A DNA stretch of 49,769 nt, counting the filler, from Candidatus Lindowbacteria bacterium RIFCSPLOWO2_12_FULL_62_27 (GTDB taxonomy: Bacteria; Lindowbacteria; 2-12-FULL-62-27): the NCBI GenBank assembly GCA_001784175.1. It is 3 parts of 3 records of this genome, joined end to end, with 100 filler letters (N's around TTAATTAATTAA, not from the genome) between each part and the next. Parts side by side here need not be neighbours in the genome. Positions count along the whole stretch, not along the records: positions 1 to 23,958 come from MFPR01000037.1; 2 more parts are not named here. One strand, written 5' to 3'. A model generated the notes under the pieces. That model was not told the DNA's origin. It searched no databases and saw only the letters and a list, made by a program, of their open reading frames with translations. A program made the position numbers and the translations under genes. Positions 9,460-16,896 of this stretch are shown here, in pieces. The stretch's first letter is position 1. Each line of letters starts with the position of its first letter.

Positions 9460-11267
9460 TTGTGGGAATGAAAAAGGTTTCCGTCCTGTGCCTGGCCTCG
9501 GCCCGCGAGGGCTCGCTGGAGGCGATGCGGGAGATGGGCGTACTGCACGTCATCAGCGGCAAGGCGCCGGAAAGCGACGAACTGAAACGCGCCGAAGAGA
9601 ACCTGGGGAACGCCCAGCGCGTCCTCGAGGTTCTCGGGCGGCAGAAGCAGTCGAAGAAACAGATGATGGCCGCGTTCGCGAAGATCCTCCAGCCCGGCGT
9701 CGAGATGGTCTCGTCCGTCGATGACCTGCTCGAACGCGTGACGGGGCAGATCAACCGCAACCACGAGCTGGACGTGCGGATCGAGGCGCTGACGCACGAG
9801 ATCGGTCAGATCGAGCCGCTGGGCCGGTTCGATCCGGAGTCCGTCCGGCGCCTCGGGGAGCGCGGCGTCACGATCCAGCTCTACTACGCGGCCGCGAGCG
9901 AGCGCCTCACGGCGCCGGAAACGGCCGTCAAGATCGAGATTCAGAAAACCCGTCGCGGCGAATATTTCGCACTGGCCGCGTTCGGCCCCATCGCGTGGGA
10001 CAAGGCGCCCCTGCCGATGCCCAAACGGTCCATCGATGCGGCCGCGGCGGAGCTGTCCAAGTCCCTCGCCGAGCGCGAGGAGGGCGAGCGCCGGCTCCAG
10101 ATGCTGAGCGTGTATCACGACGTGGTCGTCCGCCACGTCCTGCGCCTCGAGGACAGCGTGCGCTTCATCGAGACGAAATCCGTCATGCCGGTCGCGGGGA
10201 AGGTATCGTATCTGCGGGGATTCTGCCCCGAGGACAGGGTGGAGGCGCTGCGGAAAGAGTCCGTGGCGCGCGGCTGGGGGCTTTTGGTGGAAGACCCGGC
10301 CGAGGGCGAGCCGGTGCCGACCCTCGTCCGAAATCCGAAATGGTGCCGGTCGATCAAGACGGCCTTTGACGTCCTCGGGCTCATGCCGGGCTACAAGGAG
10401 GTCGACATCAGCGCGGTCTTCCTTTTGTTCTTCAGCCTCTTCTTCGCCATGCTGGTTGGCGACGCCTGTTACGGCCTGATCTTCCTCGGGCTTACCCTGG
10501 CCGCCCGGCGCGCGTACGATGATGCGCCGGCTGCGCCGTTCACGCTGCTCAAAATCCTGAGCGTCTGCACGATTGTCTGGGGCGTCGCCACCGGCACCTA
10601 TTTCGGCATGAGCGACCCGCCGGCCTTTTTGCTCGCGTTCAAGATCGACTGGCTGGCGCAGGAGAGCAATCTGATGAATCTCTGTTTTCTCCTCGGCGCC
10701 GTCCAGCTCACCATCGCGCATGTGTGGAACATCACCCGGTACTGGTGGAGCCTCAAGGTCCTCGACGAGGCGGGCCGGATTTTGATCACGTGGACGATGT
10801 TTTTCGCCGCCCGCACGATGATCCTGGGCGCCGTGTTTCCGACCTGGATGTTCTATTTCTTCGGCGCGGGCGTTCTGGCGTTGATTCTGTTCATGACGCC
10901 CGTCAAACAACTCAAAACCGAGTGGTACAACCACGTGATGCTGCCGCTCAACATCATCAGCATGTTCGTCGACGTCGTGTCCTACGTGCGGCTCTTCGCC
11001 GTGGGCTTTGCGGGCTTCGCGATCGCGAACAATTTCAACGAAATGGCGCTCGGCGCCGGCGCGCCCGGCCCCCTGGCGGGTCTGGGGTCGGCGCTGATTT
11101 TGTTTTTGGGGCACTCTCTCAATATAGTTCTTTCGTGCATGGGCGTGCTGGTTCACGGAATCCGGCTGAACGCCCTCGAATTTTCCGGGCACCTCGGCAT
11201 GCAGTGGTCGGGATACGCCTACAATCCATTTGCTCGAATGGATTCACAACCTCGCAAAGGAGATTGA
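9456..11267 (+). CDS. atpI: V/A-type ATP synthase subunit I (a)
   Basis: GTG start MIVGMKKV overlaps the D stop. Contains VPTLVRNP, FFAMLVGDACYG, DVVSYVRLFAVG and HGIRLNALEFS, with a hydrophobic C-terminal half. Confidence 0.93.
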   Translation: MIVGMKKVSVLCLASAREGSLEAMREMGVLHVISGKAPESDELKRAEENLGNAQRVLEVLGRQKQSKKQMMAAFAKILQPGVEMVSSVDDLLERVTGQINRNHELDVRIEALTHEIGQIEPLGRFDPESVRRLGERGVTIQLYYAAASERLTAPETAVKIEIQKTRRGEYFALAAFGPIAWDKAPLPMPKRSIDAAAAELSKSLAEREEGERRLQMLSVYHDVVVRHVLRLEDSVRFIETKSVMPVAGKVSYLRGFCPEDRVEALRKESVARGWGLLVEDPAEGEPVPTLVRNPKWCRSIKTAFDVLGLMPGYKEVDISAVFLLFFSLFFAMLVGDACYGLIFLGLTLAARRAYDDAPAAPFTLLKILSVCTIVWGVATGTYFGMSDPPAFLLAFKIDWLAQESNLMNLCFLLGAVQLTIAHVWNITRYWWSLKVLDEAGRILITWTMFFAARTMILGAVFPTWMFYFFGAGVLALILFMTPVKQLKTEWYNHVMLPLNIISMFVDVVSYVRLFAVGFAGFAIANNFNEMALGAGAPGPLAGLGSALILFLGHSLNIVLSCMGVLVHGIRLNALEFSGHLGMQWSGYAYNPFARMDSQPRKGD

Positions 11268-11270
11268 TTC

Positions 11271-11723
11271 ATGGATGCCGCAACAATCGTATCGCTCGGC
11301 AAGTTCGGCGGCGCCGCCGCCCTGGGACTGGCCGCGGTCGGATCGTCGATGGGCTCGGGAATCGCGGGCATGGCGGCGGTCGGCGCGTGGAAGAAATGCT
11401 ACGCGCAAAACCGCCTCGCGCCCTTTCTGCTCGTCGCCTTCATCGGCGCTCCGCTGTCCCAGACGATTTACGGGATGATCACGATGAACAACATCGTCAA
11501 GGCCGCCGTGGCCGGCACAAGCTGGCCCGCGCTGATCGGCGCCGGATTTTTCGGAGGCCTCGGCATGGGTGCTTCGGCCTGGGGCCAGGGCATGGCGGGC
11601 GCCGCGGGCGCCGACGCGCTGGCCGAAACCGGCAAGGGCTTCGGCAACTACCTCATCGCGCTGGGCGTCATCGAGACCGTCGCCATCTTCGTGATGATTT
11701 TCATCGGCAAGGTGATCGCCTGA
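11271..11723 (+). CDS. atpK: V/A-type ATP synthase subunit K (c), four TM helices
   Basis: Gly-rich hydrophobic helices, PLSQTIYG, SAWGQG and the essential Glu in IETVAIF. AAGGAG RBS. Confidence 0.93.
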   Translation: MDAATIVSLGKFGGAAALGLAAVGSSMGSGIAGMAAVGAWKKCYAQNRLAPFLLVAFIGAPLSQTIYGMITMNNIVKAAVAGTSWPALIGAGFFGGLGMGASAWGQGMAGAAGADALAETGKGFGNYLIALGVIETVAIFVMIFIGKVIA

Positions 11724-11740
11724 CGACCACGCGCCCCGCG

Positions 11741-12484
11741 TTACAGTAGATTTCGAAGCTGGTCCGGGGCGTTGCCTTCCAGCATATAGAAGTGCTCGAT
11801 CGATTCCGTGTCCGGCTGGACCGTGCGGTTGAAGGCGAGGGTGCCGTAGACGAAGACGGGGGCGAGGCCCGCGCCGAGGTCCGACGCGAGCATTTTCTGC
11901 AGGTGCCGGACCAGTTCCGCCGTCTGGACTTCGAGGTTCTTCCTCGTGATCGCCATCATCGGGTCGGGGGACTTCAGGATTTCGGCCTGATGGGGTTTCA
12001 GCCTGAACTTGATCATGCCCAGAAAGTCCAGGTGCCGTTCGCCGTCCTGGGTCTGCGAAATGGAGAGTTCCTCGTCGGGCTTGGTTTGAAAATCCTCCAG
12101 CACATGCGCCAGCGCGCCGCAGGCCGAGCGCTTGCGGCCGTCGCGCCCGATGAGCGATCCGTAGGTCCGGCGGCCGGCCTCTTCCGATTCGCCGATGTGG
12201 ACATTGACCTCAAAGACGTTGCTGCGGTGCCCCCGGCTGATGGCGACACGGATTTGCTGATAGAAAATCTGGCTTCCGATCACCCGCGTCGTAAAAATGC
12301 CGCCGTACCCTCCGAAGACGCCCGTTCGCACGGCATCGGCCGAGCCGGTGACTTCGTCGCTGCACCCGAACAGCGCGAGGTACGGCGTCGTTTCGGGATG
12401 AAGTGCGTGAATCGCGTCGCGCACATTCCGGAACAGATAATCCGCGTCGTATTCGGCTCCTTTCCGAACGGGGGTGCTGCGCAT
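11741..12484 (-). CDS. Hypothetical protein resembling LCIB/theta-class carbonic anhydrase
   Basis: The C-S-D-E, V-H-I-G and R..R.SACGAL motifs parallel the LCIB pattern CRDE...PHI...R....ACGAL (Cys/His/Cys zinc ligands). Recognised by eye only. Confidence 0.55.
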   Translation of the reverse strand: MRSTPVRKGAEYDADYLFRNVRDAIHALHPETTPYLALFGCSDEVTGSADAVRTGVFGGYGGIFTTRVIGSQIFYQQIRVAISRGHRSNVFEVNVHIGESEEAGRRTYGSLIGRDGRKRSACGALAHVLEDFQTKPDEELSISQTQDGERHLDFLGMIKFRLKPHQAEILKSPDPMMAITRKNLEVQTAELVRHLQKMLASDLGAGLAPVFVYGTLAFNRTVQPDTESIEHFYMLEGNAPDQLRNLL

Positions 12485-12520
12485 GTCTGTCCAATCCTAC
12501 CTGCGCGCCTTCAAAATGCA

Positions 12521-12540
12521 AATACAGCAATTGCTGTATT
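12521..12540. promoter_or_regulatory. Perfect 20-bp palindrome, putative transcription-factor operator in a divergent promoter region
   Basis: AATACAGCAA|TTGCTGTATT is its own reverse complement. It is AT-rich and abuts a candidate minus-strand promoter TTGCAT(12521-12516)-16 bp-TAGGAT(12499-12494). Confidence 0.6.
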
Positions 12541-12632
12541 GCTTTTCCCCGCGCATTCATATTACATGCTCCCTATTGGAACCCCCTGACATCCGAAGAT
12601 GGAGGGCATTCTGTAAAGATGAGGTGATTGGC

Positions 12633-12884
12633 ATGAAATGTTGGATGGGACTGATTGGCGTTGGTTCATGGATTCTGTTCTCAAGCTGCGGAGGGAAACC
12701 GGCCGAGTCCCCGCAAGCTCAGCCTGCCGGAGAGGAGAGTCACGGGACGCACACCGAGGCCCAACCCGCAGCCGCCTCCGCCACGCATGCGTGCCCCATG
12801 CACCCGGAGGAAACATCGGACAAACCCGCCAAGTGCGCGAAATGCGGGATGGACATGGTCCCGAAGGACGGCGCCGCGCAGTGA
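12633..12884 (+). CDS. Small lipoprotein with heavy-metal-binding domain
   Basis: GAGGTG RBS, signal peptide with lipobox FSS-C, and C-terminal CPMHPE..SDKPAKCAKCGMDMVP motif. Confidence 0.8.
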   Translation: MKCWMGLIGVGSWILFSSCGGKPAESPQAQPAGEESHGTHTEAQPAAASATHACPMHPEETSDKPAKCAKCGMDMVPKDGAAQ

Positions 12885-12951
12885 TCGTTTGAGACTCCCA
12901 ATTACTGCGCGGCGTCCCGAGGGTCGCCCCGCATCACAGGAGGTATATCAA

Positions 12952-13551
12952 ATGAAGCGCGCTACATTCTTGTTGGTTGGGCTCGCCGCCCTCTTCATGG
13001 TCACCGGCGGCTGGGCCTCGGAATATGAGATTGACGCGTCCCACAGCGCGGTGATGTTCAAGGTCAAGCACCTCGGTATCAGCACGGTGACGGGGCGGTT
13101 TGAGAAATTTTCCGGGTCGTTCGACTTCGATACCGCGGACATCCCGGCCTCGAAGGCCTCGGCGGTCATCGAGGTCGCCGGCATCAACACCGGCGTCGAG
13201 AAGCGCGACGAGCATCTGCGTTCGGCGGATTTCTTCCACGCCGATTCGTACCCGCAGATGGCGTTCGTCAGCAAGGAGGTCACGCGGGCCGAGGGCGAGG
13301 GGTTCCAGATCGCGGGCGATCTGACGCTCCATGGCGTCACGCGGCCGGTCACGCTCGACGTTGAAATCGGCGGCATGGTCACGGACATGTCGGGCAAAGA
13401 CCGCGCGGCCTTCACGGCCACCACGAGCATCCATCGGAAAGACTTCGGGTTGACCTGGAGCAAGATGCTCGAGACCGGCGGGCTGGTCGTGGGGGAGACC
13501 GTCCGGATCATCCTTGAGATCGAGGGCATCCGGAAGAAGGAAACGAAGTAG
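12952..13551 (+). CDS. YceI-family polyisoprenoid-binding secreted protein
   Basis: AGGAGG RBS, signal peptide, YEIDASHSAVMFKVKHLG, RDEHLRSADFF, GDLTLHGVTRPV and RKDFG. Confidence 0.92.
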   Translation: MKRATFLLVGLAALFMVTGGWASEYEIDASHSAVMFKVKHLGISTVTGRFEKFSGSFDFDTADIPASKASAVIEVAGINTGVEKRDEHLRSADFFHADSYPQMAFVSKEVTRAEGEGFQIAGDLTLHGVTRPVTLDVEIGGMVTDMSGKDRAAFTATTSIHRKDFGLTWSKMLETGGLVVGETVRIILEIEGIRKKETK

Positions 13552-13566
13552 CGCCCGATCGCGGAC

Positions 13567-15786
13567 ATGGCCGTTTCGCCTGAAGGCGCCTGGCGGCCCT
13601 TTCCGGAGCTGGACGGCCGCATTCTCTTTGACGAGCCGACGGGCCGGATCCGCTTTTCGCGCAAAGCCCCGCTGGTGTCGCTGTCCGCGACCGTCGTGGC
13701 CGTCCGGCACGGCGAAACCGCCTGGAACGCCGTCGAGAATTCGTGGCAGGGGAGCGTCAACGCAAGAAAGAACCAGTTGACCGACCACGGGATCGAGCAG
13801 GCGGAGCGCGCCGCGCGGCAACTGTTCCGGCAGATCAAGGCGGACGTGCGGTCGAAGAAGGAGATCCGGCGCCGGTTTGACGAACTCGTGATCTTCACGA
13901 GCGAGCTCAACCGCGCCCGCGACACGGCAAGAATTTTCGTCCGGTACGCCGCCGCGGAGCTCAGAAAATCGGGTATTCCGTTTCGTCCCCGCATCCGGGT
14001 CGACGGCCGGCTGAACGAAATCTCGTTCGGATTCTGGGACAACAAGACCCTCGATGAGATCGAGCGGGAAAGCCCCGAAGAGGGGGAGCGGGCCCGGTCC
14101 TACATGCGCCTGAACGCGCTGGCGCGGTCCGGCAAGGGCCGGCGACGCGGGGAGCGGTTCATCGACGTGGTGGGCCGCGGCCTTGATTTTCTGAAGTCGC
14201 TTCAGGCGCCGGCCTACGAAGAGAAGCTCATCCTGATTTTCAGTTCGGCCGTCCTGATCAACGCCCTGCGCGTGAGTTTCGGCGACCGGTCATTGGAAAA
14301 CCGCGACGGCGTGATCGACTGGCGGTCCTACTCGCCGCCCCACGGCCGGCAGTCGCTGCTCACCGAAGGCCGCGGCGGTTCGTGGTTCGGCGATCTCGAC
14401 AGCGCCGTCGACCGGCTCTACAACGAAATGGACCTGACGCTCCGTGAGGACGTCATGTCGAGATTTCTGGACGAGTTCGTGCGCCAGATGAAGGACGGCC
14501 CGGCCGGCAGCGCAGCGTCTTTGGCCATGGAAAAGGGTTTTTTCTCGCGGCCGGTGTCGCTGTCGCCCGGCCATTTCATGGGCGTCGACCTTGGCGGGAC
14601 CTACCTGCGGATATTGCTGGCGGAAGTGACGCCGGACCGGCGGATCGACGAGGCGTCGATGGTCTCCGAGGAATTTGTCATTCCGGACCGCTACAAAACG
14701 GGCGACCGGTACAGGCCCGCCAAGGGTGAGGACCTGTTCCGGTTCATCGCCGGCCTCATCGAACAGATTCTGACTGCGTCGCCCGACCGCGACATCGGCT
14801 GGAAAGCGGGTCTGACGGTGGCGTTTCCGATGCGGCTGACCGGCGCCTCCAGCGGCGCGTTCACGGAGGACATCGGTTGGATCAAGGGCTGGAGCATTCC
14901 GGACCTGATCGGCCGGGACCCGGCGCGGATGCTGCAGGAGGCGCTGGCGGACCGCAAGCTCACGCGTCCGGAAATCCGGGCGCTGGCGGACGACACGGTG
15001 GGGACGCTCTTGGCGGGGGAAGTTTTGGACGGGTCAACGTTTGGCGCGTGCGTCATCGGCACGGGCATGGACGTGGCGGTCTGGGAGGGCGACACGGTCC
15101 TGGACGTGGGCGCGGGGAGGTTCGATTTGGCGTCGTGCGCGGACATGATCACGAGTTTCGACCGGATCGTCGACCGCGCCTCGGGCCGGCCGGGCGCGCG
15201 GCGGCTGGAGAAGATGGTATCGGCCAAATACATGCCGGAACTGATGCGGGCCATCCTCGGCGAATTCATCCACCACGAGTTTCTCTTCGACGGTTTCCGG
15301 TCCTCCGTCCTCGAACGGCCGTACCACGAGCTGGACAATCCGCAGGCCTTCCGCGCCCAGGACCTGTCCACGATGGTGCTCGACGACGAACGGCATGAAA
15401 TCGTCCGGAACGTTCTCGAACGCGTGGGGGTTCGGGAAAGCACCCTGGATGAAAGGATCGTCACGCGCCGGATCGCGCAGATGATCCTGACGCGGTCGGC
15501 TCAACTGTCGGCCCTGGCGATGGCCGCGACCCTCCGGCACGCCAACGGCGCTCCTGACCGGGTCAGCGCCTCCGGCGCCCCAAGTGCCGGCGTCTCCGAC
15601 GCCGGCCGGGACTACACATTCACGCTGGACGGCAACGTGGCCGGCCGCGCCGCCGGATACCAGCAGATCCTGCGGGACACGCTGGAGCTCGCCCTGGGCG
15701 CGCCTCTGGCGGCCCGCGTGCGCCTGCGCTACCGGAAATTCGCAAGCGCCATCGGCGGCTGCATCATGGCATCAAGCGTCGGGTGA
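13567..15786 (+). CDS. Histidine phosphatase (PGM-like) / hexokinase fusion protein
   Basis: N-terminal VRHGETAWN, SELNRARDTA, LNEISFGFWD and GERF motifs. C-terminal hexokinase motifs GVDLGGTYLR, GLTVAFP, WIKGW, DDTVGTLL, IGTG, LEKMVS, TRSAQL and DG. Confidence 0.78.
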   Translation: MAVSPEGAWRPFPELDGRILFDEPTGRIRFSRKAPLVSLSATVVAVRHGETAWNAVENSWQGSVNARKNQLTDHGIEQAERAARQLFRQIKADVRSKKEIRRRFDELVIFTSELNRARDTARIFVRYAAAELRKSGIPFRPRIRVDGRLNEISFGFWDNKTLDEIERESPEEGERARSYMRLNALARSGKGRRRGERFIDVVGRGLDFLKSLQAPAYEEKLILIFSSAVLINALRVSFGDRSLENRDGVIDWRSYSPPHGRQSLLTEGRGGSWFGDLDSAVDRLYNEMDLTLREDVMSRFLDEFVRQMKDGPAGSAASLAMEKGFFSRPVSLSPGHFMGVDLGGTYLRILLAEVTPDRRIDEASMVSEEFVIPDRYKTGDRYRPAKGEDLFRFIAGLIEQILTASPDRDIGWKAGLTVAFPMRLTGASSGAFTEDIGWIKGWSIPDLIGRDPARMLQEALADRKLTRPEIRALADDTVGTLLAGEVLDGSTFGACVIGTGMDVAVWEGDTVLDVGAGRFDLASCADMITSFDRIVDRASGRPGARRLEKMVSAKYMPELMRAILGEFIHHEFLFDGFRSSVLERPYHELDNPQAFRAQDLSTMVLDDERHEIVRNVLERVGVRESTLDERIVTRRIAQMILTRSAQLSALAMAATLRHANGAPDRVSASGAPSAGVSDAGRDYTFTLDGNVAGRAAGYQQILRDTLELALGAPLAARVRLRYRKFASAIGGCIMASSVG

Positions 15787-15835
15787 TGTTTCCCAAATGT
15801 GACACGGCCCCGCCCGGCAGGGTAACAAAAAATGT

Positions 15836-15942
15836 TTTATCCACGAAGCTGACACGAAGCTGACACGAAGGAAATCATAGCGAACAGGCTACAAGAATTT
15901 ATTTTAATCTTCGTGTCCCTTCGTGTCAGCTTCGTGGATAAA
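15836..15942. repeat. Long inverted repeat built of CACGAAG sub-repeats (REP/MITE-like; possible bidirectional terminator)
   Basis: The left arm TTTATCCACGAAGCTGACACGAAGCTGACACGAAG pairs with the right arm CTTCGTGTCCCTTCGTGTCAGCTTCGTGGATAAA (24 bp perfect), around an AT-rich loop. It lies between convergent genes. Confidence 0.8.
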
Positions 15943-15998
15943 GAGTTCTTAATTTCTTCGCACGTTCTCTGGATTCCCGCTCATCGAACTACTTCAAA

Positions 15999-16886
15999 TC
16001 ATTCGACCTTCTTCCTCTCCTCGTGCGGTTCGATATGGATGAAGACGGCCGACACGCCGGGGATCCGGGCGATGCGGGCCTTCAAGTCCTCCTCGGCGTC
16101 GTGTGCCGCCTCCAGCGTGATCGTTTTATGCGCGAAGACGTTGAGCGACACCTGAATCTCCGGGCCGACGAGGTGGGTGCGCAGGTCGTTCATGCCGAAG
16201 AGGACCGGGCTTTCGTCCACGGCGCGCGCGATGGCCGCGCGGATTTCCGGCGGCGCGGTCCGGCCGGTGAGCTGGTGCACGTGCTCGGCGATGGTTTCTC
16301 CGCCGACCTTGAAGACCCACAACGAGATCACGGCGCCGAAGACCGGATCGAGGATCGGCGCGCCCCATGCGCCGCCGCCGTAGCCGACGAGGGCCGACAT
16401 CGTCGCGTACATGTCCATCTGCTGGTCCTTGCCGACCGCGATGAGCGCCGGCCGGTGGTGGCGCTCGCCGGTGCGCCGGCAGAGGCGGGCCATCCAGAGT
16501 TTGGACGCGAGGAGCGCCGCCAGTCCGGCCAGGATTCCGACATGGAGGACCGGCGGCGCGCTGTCCAGCCAGCGCCGTCGGCATTCGATGAGAATGTATC
16601 CGCCGGTGGCGAGGATGACGATCCCGACGACGAGTCCGATCATCGACTCAAAGCGCCGGTGTCCGTGCGGGTGCGATTCATCGGGGGCTTTTGCGGCGAT
16701 GTAAAATCCGATGCCGAGGAGGACCGAGTAGAGGGCGTCGGCGAAATTGTTCCAGCCGTCCGACCGCACCGCCTCCGACACCGCCATGTGCCCCATCCAT
16801 AACTTAAGCCCGGCCAAGGCAACGCTGTAGCCGGTCAGAAGGCCGATGATCCGCAAAACCGGCCGGACGTGTTCGTCCGCCTTCAT
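15999..16886 (-). CDS. Cation diffusion facilitator (CDF) family transporter
   Basis: SEAVRSDGWNNFAD, PDESHPHGHRRFE, DQQMD, DPVFGAVIS and C-terminal AHD...VFIHIEP, with about 6 TM helices. Confidence 0.92.
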   Translation of the reverse strand: MKADEHVRPVLRIIGLLTGYSVALAGLKLWMGHMAVSEAVRSDGWNNFADALYSVLLGIGFYIAAKAPDESHPHGHRRFESMIGLVVGIVILATGGYILIECRRRWLDSAPPVLHVGILAGLAALLASKLWMARLCRRTGERHHRPALIAVGKDQQMDMYATMSALVGYGGGAWGAPILDPVFGAVISLWVFKVGGETIAEHVHQLTGRTAPPEIRAAIARAVDESPVLFGMNDLRTHLVGPEIQVSLNVFAHKTITLEAAHDAEEDLKARIARIPGVSAVFIHIEPHEERKKVE

Positions 16887-16896
16887 CTTCAGCAAT

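Noticed and set aside
12565-12612. Possible riboswitch or hairpin (CATC-CGAA-GATG) upstream of the lipoprotein
   Set aside because: The stem is short, and I recognise no aptamer consensus.
15836-15942. Mini-CRISPR interpretation of the CACGAAG repeats
   Set aside because: The units are 10-11 bp, directly adjacent and arranged as inverted arms, with no spacers.
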